Shown: positions 37,620 to 49,044 of the stretch, piece after piece | How the letters are laid out: the number at the start of each line of letters is the position of its first letter | Numbering within the stretch: the first letter of the stretch is position 1 | Assembly: GCA_945861965.1 (NCBI GenBank) | Contig: CAMAWM010000008.1 | Location: 6,353 to 70,352, forward strand | DNA length: 64,000 bases | DNA from: Chitinophaga pinensis | GTDB lineage: Bacteria > Bacteroidota > Bacteroidia > UKL13-3 | Direction: 5' to 3' | Translations under genes and position numbers: made by a program | The notes under the pieces: model-generated | The model's input: the letters and a program-made list of their open reading frames with translations, nothing else | Told to the model about the DNA's origin: nothing | Databases searched by the model: none

Positions 37620-39230
37620 TTGAAAATGATCAAAAACGCACATCTAAACTATTTTTTGTTGAGCATTGCTTCGGCTGTATTTTTTGCGGCAGCATGGATT
37701 CCTATTAACATAATTCCTTTGCTTTTTTTTGCTTTTGTTCCTTTGTTTTTTTTGGAAAAACGAATTCGTGAGAACGAAAAATTCAGTCGGCTTTGGATTC
37801 TCGTTTATGGATCGCTAAGTTTTTTTCTTCTCAATTATTTAACTACATATTGGATTTGGAATGCATCGCCTGGTGGTGCAATTGCCGCTTGGTTTATTGA
37901 TACATTTTTGATGCTGCTGCCGTTTTTTTTATTTCATTTAATTCAATTAAAAAGTAGCAAAGCAAATGAGTATTGGAGTTTTATCGCGCTTTGGATTTCG
38001 ATTGAATTGCTACATTTAAGATGGGAGTTTGCTTTTCCTTGGCTTACACTTGGCAATGCTTTTGCGCCATTTCCACAGCTGGTTCAATGGTATGAATACA
38101 CAGGAGTTTTTGGTGGAAGTTTTTGGGTGTTGGCAGCAAATTACAAACTGTATCAACTCATATTACTTTGGAAAGAAAAAGATAGAAGCTATAATCTTAA
38201 ACGAGTTTTCAACCTTGCTTTCGTGTTGTTTTTTCTTCCTGTTTTTCTGTCTTATTATATTACGCCTACTAAAACGGATGAAAAAACTCAGCAACAAGAG
38301 ACAAACATTGTTGTTGTTCAACCCAATTTTGATCCGTATCAAAAATTTGAAAGCATGTCGCCCATGCAACAATTGCAGCGCATTTTGCAATTAGCCGAAA
38401 CAAAATTAGACAGTCAAACACAGCTATTAATTTTTCCTGAAACGGCATTGCAAGGTGGACTTGATGAACGAAATTTAGCGTTTAATCCATTAATTGTTGA
38501 GTTGAAACATTTTCTAAAAAAACATTCGGGATTAAATATTTTGAGTGGCGCTGACACGTACAAATTTTTCGAGAAAAATGAAGTGTTAAGTAAAACAGCA
38601 AGACAATACGATTCGGAATTGTGGTATGATTCGTACAATACTGCCATACTTGTAAATGCAAACAATCCAATTCAAATATATCACAAAAGTAAATTGGTGC
38701 CCGGAGTTGAAAACATTCCGTATGCTAGCGCATTTGGGTTCTTAAAAAACTTTGTCATCGATTTGGGCGGAAGCAGTGGAAGTTTAGGAAGCGATGGCGA
38801 AGCAAAAGTTTTTATTGCAGGTTCTAAAAATACAATTGCACCTATTATTTGTTACGAGTCGGTGTTTGGTGATTTTGTAAAAGATTTTGTAAAAAAAGAT
38901 GCAGACATAATTTGCATAATAACAAACGATGCTTGGTGGGGAAATACTGCCGGCTATAAACAACATTTTGAATACTCGCGGCTGCGCGCCATAGAAACAC
39001 GTAGAAGTATAGCACGATGTGCAAATACTGGTGTTTCAGGATTTATTGACAGCGAAGGAAATGTATTGCAAAAAACTTCATGGTGGACAGAAGCGGTAAT
39101 TAAACAAAATATATCCATCATCAGCAGCAAAACGTTTTATTTAAAGTATGGCGATTGGATTGCCAGTATTGCGGTTGTTTTTGCGTTAATGAAATTATAC
39201 GAATTGATTTTCAAAAAACGCAGCCACTAA
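37620..39230 (+). CDS. lnt: Apolipoprotein N-acyltransferase
   Basis: FPW, VQPN, FPETA, YHKSKLVPGVE, ICYES, TNDAWWG, RAIETRR, ANTGVS. Confidence 0.93.
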   Translation: MKMIKNAHLNYFLLSIASAVFFAAAWIPINIIPLLFFAFVPLFFLEKRIRENEKFSRLWILVYGSLSFFLLNYLTTYWIWNASPGGAIAAWFIDTFLMLLPFFLFHLIQLKSSKANEYWSFIALWISIELLHLRWEFAFPWLTLGNAFAPFPQLVQWYEYTGVFGGSFWVLAANYKLYQLILLWKEKDRSYNLKRVFNLAFVLFFLPVFLSYYITPTKTDEKTQQQETNIVVVQPNFDPYQKFESMSPMQQLQRILQLAETKLDSQTQLLIFPETALQGGLDERNLAFNPLIVELKHFLKKHSGLNILSGADTYKFFEKNEVLSKTARQYDSELWYDSYNTAILVNANNPIQIYHKSKLVPGVENIPYASAFGFLKNFVIDLGGSSGSLGSDGEAKVFIAGSKNTIAPIICYESVFGDFVKDFVKKDADIICIITNDAWWGNTAGYKQHFEYSRLRAIETRRSIARCANTGVSGFIDSEGNVLQKTSWWTEAVIKQNISIISSKTFYLKYGDWIASIAVVFALMKLYELIFKKRSH

Positions 39231-39233
39231 GAT

Positions 39234-40706
39234 TTACTGCTTGCTATAATTAGGCGCTTCCTTTGTAATTCTAATATCGTGCGCATGACTTTCTTTTGCA
39301 CCAGCACTTGTGATTTTGATGAATTGTGCTTTCTGCAAATCTTTAATTGTAACTGCTCCGCAATAACCCATTCCTGCACGAAGCCCGCCCACGAACTGGT
39401 AAACAACTTCTTGCAAAGTGCCTTTGTAAGGAACAATTCCTACAATTCCTTCAGGAACTAATTTGGCAATTTCGTCTTCAGCATCTTGAAAATAGCGATC
39501 TTTGCTTCCTTCTTTCATGGCTTCAATGCTACCCATTCCGCGATAAGATTTAAATTTTCTTCCTTCGTAAATGATGGTTTCGCCAGGGCTTTCTTCCACT
39601 CCGGCAAATATACTTCCTGACATTACACAACTGGCACCAGCTGCAATGGCTTTTACAATATCTCCGCTGTATCTAATTCCACCATCGGCAATTATTGGCA
39701 CGCCTGATTTTGCAATGGCTTTTGCTGATTCGTAAATTGCCGTAAGCTGAGGTACACCAATTCCGGCAATAATTCGAGTTGTACAAATAGATCCTGGTCC
39801 AACGCCTACTTTTACGCCATCTACTCCGGCATTTACCAAAGCTTTAGCTGCTGCTCCTGTTGCCACATTTCCTGCAATTATTTCAAGGTTTGAAAAAAGT
39901 TTTTTCATTCGCTTAATCTCATTTAATACCCCTCGTGAATGTCCGTGAGCAGTATCAATTATTATTACATCTACCTCGGCTTTTATTAGTGATGAAATTC
40001 TTTCTTCTGTATCGGCAGTAACTCCAACTGCTGCACCAACCATTAATCGTCCGTGCTTGTCTTTACAGGCATTTGGATTTGCTTTTATTTTTAAAATGTC
40101 TTTGTAAGTGATTAATCCTTTTAATATTCCTTTTTTATCAACTACTGGAAGTTTTTCGATTTTGTATTTCTGCAAAATAGATTCTGCTTGTTTCAGACTG
40201 GTTCCTTCGGGTACAGTAATTAAATTTTCTTTGGTCATTACATCAAACACTTTTTTATTCATGTTTTTTTCAAAACGCAAATCGCGGTTGGTTAATATTC
40301 CAACTAGTTTTCCTGTTTGATTGGTAATGGGTATGCCTCCAATTTTATGTTCAGACATTAAGCGATGCGCATCGCGAAGTGTTGAGGTTTCGTCTAATGT
40401 CAAAGGATCTAAAATCATTCCGCTTTCACTGCGTTTTACTTTACGCATTTCATCACATTGTCTTGCAATGCTCATATTTTTGTGCAAAATACCAAGACCA
40501 CCTTCTTGTGCCAACGCAATAGCAAGTTTGCTTTCGGTAACCGTATCCATGGCTGCCGACAAAATGGGAATGTTGATGGTGATGTTGCGAGTTAATTGTG
40601 TTGAAGTCTTTACATCGCGTGGCAAAACTTCAGAATAGGCTGGCAGAACTAAAACGTCATCGTAAGTAAGTCCTTCGCCAAAAAATTTAGTGCTTAATTT
40701 AGGCAT
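39234..40706 (-). CDS. guaB: IMP dehydrogenase
   Basis: LTYDDV, SAAMDTV, CBS pair, [27 protein letters not shown]. Confidence 0.97.
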   Translation of the reverse strand: MPKLSTKFFGEGLTYDDVLVLPAYSEVLPRDVKTSTQLTRNITINIPILSAAMDTVTESKLAIALAQEGGLGILHKNMSIARQCDEMRKVKRSESGMILDPLTLDETSTLRDAHRLMSEHKIGGIPITNQTGKLVGILTNRDLRFEKNMNKKVFDVMTKENLITVPEGTSLKQAESILQKYKIEKLPVVDKKGILKGLITYKDILKIKANPNACKDKHGRLMVGAAVGVTADTEERISSLIKAEVDVIIIDTAHGHSRGVLNEIKRMKKLFSNLEIIAGNVATGAAAKALVNAGVDGVKVGVGPGSICTTRIIAGIGVPQLTAIYESAKAIAKSGVPIIADGGIRYSGDIVKAIAAGASCVMSGSIFAGVEESPGETIIYEGRKFKSYRGMGSIEAMKEGSKDRYFQDAEDEIAKLVPEGIVGIVPYKGTLQEVVYQFVGGLRAGMGYCGAVTIKDLQKAQFIKITSAGAKESHAHDIRITKEAPNYSKQ

Positions 40707-40803
40707 AGCAAATAATTTTAACTTTTATTATTTGCCGCGCAAAAGTAGCAATATTTCTGAAAGAACAACTAATCATGCAAAATTAAACCACAGAAAACAA
40801 AGT

Positions 40804-43104
40804 TTAGTGCGATAATTTCTCAGCATTTTTTCGCCATAATTCTGCCGAATTTTTATCTCCTAATTTGCTATAACAATACGAAATTCCAAGGTGACAATTT
40901 TTATTGTTCGGATCAATAGCAATTGCTTTTTGGTAGTAACTAATCGACTCATTGTATTTTTCTTGCAAAGTTGAAAGGTACCCTAAATTGATATAACATT
41001 CGATGTAATCGGATTTCAATTTAATTGCTTTTAAAAAAGTTGTAGTTGATTCGTTGTATTTTTTTTGCTGCAAGAAACAATAAGCCAAATTGTAAAATGC
41101 CTGTGGCAAATCTGGTTTCAATTCAGTTCCTTTTAGCAATGCCTTTTCTGCATTTGAAAAATCATTTAATCCAACATAAGCATTACCTAAATTAATCCAA
41201 GCTTCGCCATAATGCTCGTTGATAGCAATTGCTTTTTTAAATTGTTCAATTGCTTTTTTGCTTTCTTTTTTTCCTGAATAAGCGGATCCCAAAGTCATAA
41301 TTGCTTCAACAGATTTTGGATTTAATGTTATTGCTTTCTGGCAATTTTCAATGGCATCATCAAACATACCAATTGCATTATACGCTACAGAAATACCAGT
41401 GAATGCATCGGGCGGAACGTTTTCTCCAGCTATTACTTTTTTGTATTGTGCTATTGCTTCCTGATAATTTCCTTTGGCTAAAAGTGCATTTCCTGCATTA
41501 AAAAACAACAATCCTTGTCCTTGTTTTTCTGAATTTATTGTTCCCAACAATTGCATCTCTTTGTCGTAATCGCCAAGCTCGTGATAAACATTGGCTAAGT
41601 TTATTGTCGCTTCTGGATATTGAGGATAAATATCAAGTGTGGTGTTAAATTCTGAAAGCGCCTGTTGAAGTATTTTTGCTTTTTTTTCTGCATTGATTTC
41701 TACTTGTGACATTCGCCATAAACTTGTTCCTAAATTGTAATGCGCTCGGCAACTTTTTTTTGCATTTTTTATGTCGCGACTGAAGAGCGTATAATTATCT
41801 TTCCAATCTGTATTGCGTGAAATTGTTTTGCCACTATAAAATAAAACAATCAATAGAATTGGAATATAAAAAAGCGGCTTGTTAAATACTAAAGCTGAGT
41901 GGCTGTTTTCTTTGATTTTGCTAATCCAAAATATACCATAAACCAAAGCTATACAAAAACCTAATGACGGAACAAATAGCAATCGCTCAGCCATTGTTAC
42001 ACCAATTGGTATAAAAATATTTGATACAATGGAAATGCTAACAAAGAAAATAAGTACGCCCAAAGCAATCTTGTTTTTTGTTTTAATTTTTGTCATACAT
42101 AACGAAAAAATCAATAGTAAAACAAGGAACGAAATGACATTTTGAAAATTGTCGAAACCCGCAACTGATATTCGATTAAATGAATAATCGTGAACAAGAG
42201 GATGAGGGAAAAACAGTAATTTAATATACCGTCCCAATACACCAAAAGCAGTCGCAATTCGCACACTAAAATCTTCGTTAAATAAAACATTATCTACCGG
42301 AGAAATTTTATTTTGTACAGAAGCAAAAACACCCAATGCAAAATACCGTGAAGCTAAATATGCAATAACACTTGCCAATAAAATAAAAAAAATAGGTTTG
42401 ATTTTTTGGATTGGAAAATCTAAAAAAAAGTAAAGTAATAAAGGAATAATTATAGCAAAAGTAATTGCACTTTCTTTACAAAAACAGGCAAACAAAAAAG
42501 TTGACGAAGAAAGTAGAAGCAAACTTAGTTTACTCTTTTTAATATAAAGCAAACAAGTCCATGCAGAAATAATTACAAATAGTAACGACAGAATTTCATC
42601 GCGACTTTTGATGTTTGCAACCACCTCGGTATGCAATGGATGCGCGGCAAACAACAAACTAATTGCAAATGCCGGAAGAAATTGTTTTCCTGTAAGCGCG
42701 AAAAAAAAATTAAAAAGTAGCGCGATACAAATACAATACAACAAAACATTTATCCAATGAAAATGGGATGCATCATTTCCTAAAAAATCTTTTTCGATTG
42801 CAAAAAGTATCATGGTTAATGGCCTCCAGGTTTCTTTGTTTACGCCATCTAAACCATAAAATAATGTTGTTTTTACTAATGTAGGAATAGCACTTATGCC
42901 TTGTTGAACTAATTTATTTTCTGTTATAACTCCAGCATCATCTAGCGCAAATTTGTGATTTAGCGTGTTGGCATATAACAAAAATGTGAAAACGAAAAGT
43001 ATGCAAGTAAACCACCGAATATTAATTTTAGAAGTTGGAATTTCTTCCTCTTTTAAAACGATAGATTCTGCTTGTTTTTTGGCGAGTGAATTTTTTCTTT
43101 TCAA
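40804..43104 (-). CDS. TMTC-like GT-C glycosyltransferase (DUF1736-type) with C-terminal TPR repeats
   Basis: FALDD, WRPLT, FAAHPLHTEVVANIKSRDE, KES, AERLLFVPSLG, RNTDWKDN, followed by tandem TPRs. Confidence 0.85.
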   Translation of the reverse strand: MKRKNSLAKKQAESIVLKEEEIPTSKINIRWFTCILFVFTFLLYANTLNHKFALDDAGVITENKLVQQGISAIPTLVKTTLFYGLDGVNKETWRPLTMILFAIEKDFLGNDASHFHWINVLLYCICIALLFNFFFALTGKQFLPAFAISLLFAAHPLHTEVVANIKSRDEILSLLFVIISAWTCLLYIKKSKLSLLLLSSSTFLFACFCKESAITFAIIIPLLLYFFLDFPIQKIKPIFFILLASVIAYLASRYFALGVFASVQNKISPVDNVLFNEDFSVRIATAFGVLGRYIKLLFFPHPLVHDYSFNRISVAGFDNFQNVISFLVLLLIFSLCMTKIKTKNKIALGVLIFFVSISIVSNIFIPIGVTMAERLLFVPSLGFCIALVYGIFWISKIKENSHSALVFNKPLFYIPILLIVLFYSGKTISRNTDWKDNYTLFSRDIKNAKKSCRAHYNLGTSLWRMSQVEINAEKKAKILQQALSEFNTTLDIYPQYPEATINLANVYHELGDYDKEMQLLGTINSEKQGQGLLFFNAGNALLAKGNYQEAIAQYKKVIAGENVPPDAFTGISVAYNAIGMFDDAIENCQKAITLNPKSVEAIMTLGSAYSGKKESKKAIEQFKKAIAINEHYGEAWINLGNAYVGLNDFSNAEKALLKGTELKPDLPQAFYNLAYCFLQQKKYNESTTTFLKAIKLKSDYIECYINLGYLSTLQEKYNESISYYQKAIAIDPNNKNCHLGISYCYSKLGDKNSAELWRKNAEKLSH

Positions 43105-43145
43105 TGTAAGAATATAAAATTATGATTTGTTTTTTGAATTTAAAT

Positions 43146-44417
43146 TTAAGATTTTAGCATTGGAGTTTTCCATGTAAAATAAATCTTTGTTCCGTTGTTT
43201 TCTTCTGAATCTAAGCACATTTTTTCTCCATTTTCTTCAATTGTTTTTTTGGTTAAATACAGCCCGCTTTTTTCTCCGTTTACGGTTTTGTTTTTTGGTT
43301 CAATTGCATCCAAAAATTTGTTTTTTATTTCTTGAGAAATTCCTGGACCGTTATCTGAAACACAAAAAATGTAGTTTTGATTTTCGGTTTTGTAAGTAAT
43401 GTTTAATTCTGCTTTTGGGTTTTGGTTGTAACGAATGGAATTGCAAATTAATTCTGTAAAAATATCTGTAATCTCTTTGTAGTTGGCCATTATTTGTGGC
43501 AAAGTATCATCGTGATAAATTGAAAAATTCTTCATTGGAGCTATTTTTTTTAGCACATCTATAACTATTTGTTTCGTGCTTACAAGTTCTTTTATATTGT
43601 TTGAATTTGAAGAAGCATTGTATTTTATAATTGAACCAATTAAAAACTCGATTTGTTGAATTCTGCTTTGCAACATCGAATACTGTTTTTTGTTTTCGAT
43701 ACTTTTTGCTTCAGACATTTCTTTTGAAATCCATGCTGAAATTTGTTGTATTGAATGCAAAGGGTCTTTTATATCTGAAGTTGAAACTTGATTTGTGTTT
43801 GATGGTATTGTAATTTGTTTTTTTAGGTTTTGAATTTGCAGTTCCAATTCACGCAATTTATTTTCTTCTACTGTTTTTGTATTCAATAAATTGTTTCGCA
43901 TTTCTAATAGCGCTTTTCCTAATTTATCTTTTTTACTTTGTTGAGCTATTTCTAACTCAAAATTTCCAGAACTCATCGTTTTTATTGCTTCAGACTTAAG
44001 TTTTATGCCTTTCACAATGTTTTGAATCGATTGTATTATCTCGCTTATTTCATCGTTGCTTTTATTGCTTATAGGTACATTTACAATTTCGCCTTTGCTA
44101 ACTAAATTTAGTATTTCGTTAATGTTTTTTATCGGTTTTATAATTGTTTTTCGAAGCATGAAAAACGCAAACAAGCTTGTAATCAAAACTAAAATATACA
44201 ACACAAACAATACCAAGATTAAAGTGTTGTAAGCAATCAATTCTTGAATGTTTAGAAGTGTTAAACTGTCAATAAACACAAGTGCAGTATTTGGATTGTT
44301 GATTTGAAAAACCAACAAAGTTAGTAAGCCAATTAATACAATTAAGGATATTGGAAAAACGTATAAAAAAGAAAAGCGAGATTCTATTTTCAATTTATTT
44401 AAGTTGAAACCAAACAT
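43146..44417 (-). CDS. Membrane double-HAMP sensor histidine kinase homologue lacking the phosphoacceptor His (pseudokinase)
   Basis: TM helices, two HAMP-like segments, H-box position reads TSDIKDPL, N box CNSIRYN, G1 DNGPGI, degenerate F and G2 boxes. Confidence 0.75.
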   Translation of the reverse strand: MFGFNLNKLKIESRFSFLYVFPISLIVLIGLLTLLVFQINNPNTALVFIDSLTLLNIQELIAYNTLILVLFVLYILVLITSLFAFFMLRKTIIKPIKNINEILNLVSKGEIVNVPISNKSNDEISEIIQSIQNIVKGIKLKSEAIKTMSSGNFELEIAQQSKKDKLGKALLEMRNNLLNTKTVEENKLRELELQIQNLKKQITIPSNTNQVSTSDIKDPLHSIQQISAWISKEMSEAKSIENKKQYSMLQSRIQQIEFLIGSIIKYNASSNSNNIKELVSTKQIVIDVLKKIAPMKNFSIYHDDTLPQIMANYKEITDIFTELICNSIRYNQNPKAELNITYKTENQNYIFCVSDNGPGISQEIKNKFLDAIEPKNKTVNGEKSGLYLTKKTIEENGEKMCLDSEENNGTKIYFTWKTPMLKS

Positions 44418-44572
44418 TGTAAATTATTTTGTAAGTGCTAAAAAACTGTTTACTGATTCACCACAAATCTATTTAATTTTTGTAATCTACAATTTGTAAA
44501 AAGCATGAAATTAAAAAGAGATTAAGCGATTTAATAATTTCAAATTGTAATTAATTGTCCGCAATTAAATTT

Positions 44573-45475
44573 TTAATGTTGACTGAAATTAATTTCATTT
44601 TTGCAAACACTAAGCTTTGCATTTTCGCCTAGTTTTATCGCCATGTTTGTTTTCTCATGTCCGGCCGGAAAGCCATAAAAAAAGGGAAAGTTGTAATCAG
44701 ATACGTTTTCTGAAATTATTTCGTAGCAGGTTTTATTAAATTCAAAAGGCGATTTATTGTCATTCATATCGTTCATTCCCCCAACAAGCAAAGCGCGTAA
44801 TTTTTTTAATTTTCCAGCTCGCTTCAACACTTGCATCATTCTATCTATATGATAATAATACTCGCCAACATCTTCAATAAATAAAATTTTATCGTCAAAA
44901 TTCATTTCGCTTTTACTTCCCATCAAACTGCACAACACAGAAAGGTTTCCGCCAATCAAAATACCTTCAACATCCATGTTTCTGTTCAATGTATTTGCTG
45001 AAAAGGTGTAATTAATTTCATTGCCAAACAATGCTTTTTTCAACGATTCGATGCTGGCTTCGTCTTTCAAATCGCCTTGCATTGTAATTGGCATACAAGC
45101 ATGAATTCCTGAAACAGTATAATTTGAATATATGTGCGAAAACAAAGCGGTAACATCACTGAAACCAACTATCCATTTTGGGTTTCGGATAAATTTTGTA
45201 AAATCTAATTTATCCAAAATTCGGACAGTTCCATATCCTCCTCTTGCGCAAAAAATTGCTTTTATTTTTTCGTCATCAAGTAAAATTTGTAATGCTTCAA
45301 TTCGCTGCTCATCAGTTCCGGCAAATGAATTTGAGACACTAAAAATAGAATTGCTTTTTACAACGTTTAATCCCCAACTTGTAAATAATTGAATTGCAGG
45401 ATTCAATTGCTCTTCACTGATATGCCTAGCGGTGGCAGCAATTGCAATTGTATCTCCTGATTTTAGGTAAGTCAA
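44573..45475 (-). CDS. LD-carboxypeptidase (S66 family)
   Basis: ARGGYG, GFSDVT, GGNLS, FIEDVGE, FPAGH (Ser-Glu-His triad). Confidence 0.92.
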   Translation of the reverse strand: MTYLKSGDTIAIAATARHISEEQLNPAIQLFTSWGLNVVKSNSIFSVSNSFAGTDEQRIEALQILLDDEKIKAIFCARGGYGTVRILDKLDFTKFIRNPKWIVGFSDVTALFSHIYSNYTVSGIHACMPITMQGDLKDEASIESLKKALFGNEINYTFSANTLNRNMDVEGILIGGNLSVLCSLMGSKSEMNFDDKILFIEDVGEYYYHIDRMMQVLKRAGKLKKLRALLVGGMNDMNDNKSPFEFNKTCYEIISENVSDYNFPFFYGFPAGHEKTNMAIKLGENAKLSVCKNEINFSQH

Positions 45476-45502
45476 TGGATTTATTTTTAGAGATAAAATT
45501 TA

Positions 45503-46600
45503 TTAAGTAAATTTCTCATTAAATTTTATTTTTAAATCAGTCGAGATTTGTTTCACTTCTTGCTCTTTACTTTTATCGCAAATAAGCAAAACATCTTGCG
45601 TGTCAACAATGATTAAATCTTTAACTCCTTTTACGGCAATTATTTTGTTATTGCTTCGGTTTGAATTGCTGATAAGACAACCCTCTGCATCGTAAGTAAA
45701 AATATTATTTCCTTTAATTGCGTTTTCATTTGCATCGTGATTTGAGTTTTCATAAAGTGAAGTCCAAGTTCCCAAATCACTCCATCCAAAATCTCCTTGA
45801 ATTACAAATACATTTTCAGCCTTTTCCATAATTCCATAGTCAATTGAAATGGAACGGCATTGCTCAAAGAAATTTCTGATAAGTATAGTTTCGTCTTTTG
45901 TAAAAAGACTTTGAGCTGCGGTTTCAAACAATTCGTACTGCTCGGGCAAATGTTTTTTGAATGCTTTTTTAATTGATGAAACACTCCAAATAAAAATACC
46001 GGCATTCCATAAAAAATCACCGCTTTCAATAAATGATTCTGCTATTTCTATGGTAGGTTTTTCGGTAAAAGTTTTAACTCTGAAAATTCCATTTTCAGAT
46101 TCGTTCTCAAGATACTGAATGTAACCATAACCCGTATCAGCCCTTCTTGGTTTTATACCTAGCGTAATCAACGAGTGATTTTTTTTGGCAAAGTCTATTC
46201 CAAGCTCCACATAGTCCAAAAATTTATTTTCGTCCAGTATTAAATGATCGCTTGGCGCCACCACACAAACTGCGTGCGTATTTATTTTATGAATTTTTGC
46301 ACTTGCATAGGCAATACATGCAGCAGTGTTTTTTGCAGTTGGTTCGCCCAATATGCGGTCTTCGGGCATATGCGGCAATTGTTCTTTTACTAAATGAATG
46401 TATGCTGCATTGGTAACAATAAAAATGTTTTCAGGAAAAAATGATTTCGAAAAACGTTCGTACGTTTGTTGTAACAAAGACTTTCCAGTACCAAGTATAT
46501 CGAGAAATTGTTTTGGATAATTGCTTCTACTAGCTGGCCAAAATCTGCTGCCTACACCTCCAGCCATTATTACGGCATAATAGTTTTTGTTTTTCTCCAT
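45503..46600 (-). CDS. manC: Mannose-1-phosphate guanylyltransferase
   Basis: MAGGVGSRFWPASR..PKQF, PSDH, TGYGYI, FTEKP, WNAGIF, SIDYGIME, WSDLGTW. Confidence 0.93.
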   Translation of the reverse strand: MEKNKNYYAVIMAGGVGSRFWPASRSNYPKQFLDILGTGKSLLQQTYERFSKSFFPENIFIVTNAAYIHLVKEQLPHMPEDRILGEPTAKNTAACIAYASAKIHKINTHAVCVVAPSDHLILDENKFLDYVELGIDFAKKNHSLITLGIKPRRADTGYGYIQYLENESENGIFRVKTFTEKPTIEIAESFIESGDFLWNAGIFIWSVSSIKKAFKKHLPEQYELFETAAQSLFTKDETILIRNFFEQCRSISIDYGIMEKAENVFVIQGDFGWSDLGTWTSLYENSNHDANENAIKGNNIFTYDAEGCLISNSNRSNNKIIAVKGVKDLIIVDTQDVLLICDKSKEQEVKQISTDLKIKFNEKFT

Positions 46601-46782
46601 TAGCTGCGCAAAGTTAAGGATTATTCGTAATCCGCTTACTACTTATTAAATTTCTAAAAAATTAACATTTTATAAGAGATAAATAGCTTATTTACAGCGA
46701 TTAAATAATTTTAATCAATTATTTTCTAAAAGCAAATAAAAAGGCTACATTGGCATCCTATTTTTACAAATAGTTTAGACAA

Positions 46783-49038
46783 ATGAAGGAAGCGAAAAGT
46801 GCAAAAGCCAATAGCGTTAAGAGTACTACAATACTACCCGAAGCAAGCAATCAAACAAACTCAGAGCTAGATTTAAAAGCAGCTTTACATGAATATTTTG
46901 GTTTTGATAGTTTTAAAGGCGAACAGGAATTAATAATCCAAAATCTGTTTTTGGGCAACGATACTTTTGTAATTATGCCAACTGGTGGTGGAAAGTCTTT
47001 GTGTTATCAACTACCTGCTTTAATAATGAAAGGAACAGCCATTATTATTTCGCCATTGATAGCTTTAATGAAAAATCAAGTAGATCAAATTAGGGCACTT
47101 GGAAGCGAACATGTTGCACATTTCTTAAACTCTTCTCTTAATAAAACAGAAATTAGCATTGTTAAAAGAGATATAAGTTTGGGCTTAACCAAAATGCTAT
47201 ACATAGCGCCCGAAACATTAAAGAAAGAAGAAACCATTGATTTTTTAAAATCCATAAGCATATCTTTTGTAGCAGTTGATGAAGCGCATTGTATTTCGGA
47301 ATGGGGGCATGATTTCAGACCAGAGTATCGCAGAATTAAAGCAATGATTAAAGAAATCAAAGATGTGCCAATGATGGCTTTGACAGCTACTGCAACACCA
47401 AAAGTTCAAGCCGATATTCAGAAAAACTTGCAGATGGGCGATGCGGTGGTTTTCAAATCGTCTTTCAATCGCTCAAATCTGTATTACGAAATAAGGTCAA
47501 AAGGAAAAAAGGGCGATGCCATTAAAGAAATTGTATCGTACATAAAAGGGCGAACACATAAATCGGGAATAATTTATTGTCTGAGCAGAAAAAAAGTTGA
47601 AGAGATAGCCGGAATATTGCAAGCAAATGGAATCAAAGCATTGCCATATCATGCTGGACTAGAAGCGAAAATGCGTGCCAATCATCAGGATAGATTTTTG
47701 ATGGAAGAATCAGATGTAATTGTCGCAACAATTGCATTTGGAATGGGCATTGACAAACCAGATGTACGATTTGTAATTCATTACGATATTCCAAAAAGTA
47801 TTGAAGGATATTATCAAGAAACGGGTAGAGCTGGCCGAGATGGGTTGCAAGGTGATTGTTTATTGTTTTACAATCCGGCTGATATTGAAAAATTAGAAAA
47901 ATTTTTAAAAGACAAACCTGTTGCCGAACGCGAAATTGGTGAATTATTGATTTTTGAATCGCAAGCTTTTGCTGAAACTTCGGCCTGTAGAAGAAAGTTT
48001 TTACTTAACTATTTTGGCGAAGAGTTTGACGAAAAACTTTGTAAAGGAATGTGCGATAATCATCGCCACCCGAAAGCAAAACAAGATGCAAGCGATGCAG
48101 CAGTTTTGGTTTTAAAAACAATTAATGCAGTAAAAGGGAAACATGTTCTTAAAAATATTGTAGAAATTATAATTGGAAATAAATCACATGATATCGCATT
48201 AAGTGGGCATCATACACTTAGTGTTTTTGGAAAAGGAAAAGACAAAGATGAAAATTTTTGGAAGTCGGTTATCAGGTTGCTTTTACTAAATGGATATATT
48301 TCAAAAAATATAGAAACCTATGGCTTGTTGAGTGTGAATGAAAAAGGCGAAGGATTTATAAACAACCCAGAAAAGTTTGAAGTAGCGCTTGATAGCAAGT
48401 ACGAAAAACACTTGTACGATGACGATGATGTGCAAGCGGAAGCTGTTTATGACGAAGAGATGTTTAGCATGCTGAAGGATCTTTGTAGAAAAGAAGCAAA
48501 GATAAAAAACCTTCCGCCTTACATTATTTTTCAGGAAACATCGCTGCAAGAAATGGCCTTCAAGTATCCGATAACAATGGAAGAAATGACCAAAATTACC
48601 GGTGTCAGCATTGCAAAGGCAATGAAATATGCAAAGCCTTTCATTGAAATGATTGATAAATATGTGAAGGAAAATGAAATAGAAAGACCTGAAGATGTAG
48701 TTATAAAATCGGTAATAAATAAATCGGCTAAAAAGATTTCAATCATTACAAATATTGATAAAAAAGTTGGTCTTGATGATATTGCTCGCGGTCAGAATAT
48801 GAGTCGTGAAGAATTGTTAAATGAAATTGAAAACATAGTTTATTCGGGCACCAAACTTAGCTTGAAAAAATATGCGCACGATATTACAGATGACGAACAT
48901 TTGAAATATGTAATGGATTTTTTCCGCGAAACACACGACAATGTTTTGGAAGAAGCAATTACTGAATTTGGCGAGGAATTTAGCAAAGACGATTTGCGAT
49001 TAATGCAAATACATTTTGTAAGTGAAATGGCAAATTAA
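46783..49038 (+). CDS. recQ: ATP-dependent DNA helicase RecQ
   Basis: [43 protein letters not shown] and HRDC domains. Confidence 0.95.
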   Translation: MKEAKSAKANSVKSTTILPEASNQTNSELDLKAALHEYFGFDSFKGEQELIIQNLFLGNDTFVIMPTGGGKSLCYQLPALIMKGTAIIISPLIALMKNQVDQIRALGSEHVAHFLNSSLNKTEISIVKRDISLGLTKMLYIAPETLKKEETIDFLKSISISFVAVDEAHCISEWGHDFRPEYRRIKAMIKEIKDVPMMALTATATPKVQADIQKNLQMGDAVVFKSSFNRSNLYYEIRSKGKKGDAIKEIVSYIKGRTHKSGIIYCLSRKKVEEIAGILQANGIKALPYHAGLEAKMRANHQDRFLMEESDVIVATIAFGMGIDKPDVRFVIHYDIPKSIEGYYQETGRAGRDGLQGDCLLFYNPADIEKLEKFLKDKPVAEREIGELLIFESQAFAETSACRRKFLLNYFGEEFDEKLCKGMCDNHRHPKAKQDASDAAVLVLKTINAVKGKHVLKNIVEIIIGNKSHDIALSGHHTLSVFGKGKDKDENFWKSVIRLLLLNGYISKNIETYGLLSVNEKGEGFINNPEKFEVALDSKYEKHLYDDDDVQAEAVYDEEMFSMLKDLCRKEAKIKNLPPYIIFQETSLQEMAFKYPITMEEMTKITGVSIAKAMKYAKPFIEMIDKYVKENEIERPEDVVIKSVINKSAKKISIITNIDKKVGLDDIARGQNMSREELLNEIENIVYSGTKLSLKKYAHDITDDEHLKYVMDFFRETHDNVLEEAITEFGEEFSKDDLRLMQIHFVSEMAN

Positions 49039-49044
49039 AACCAA

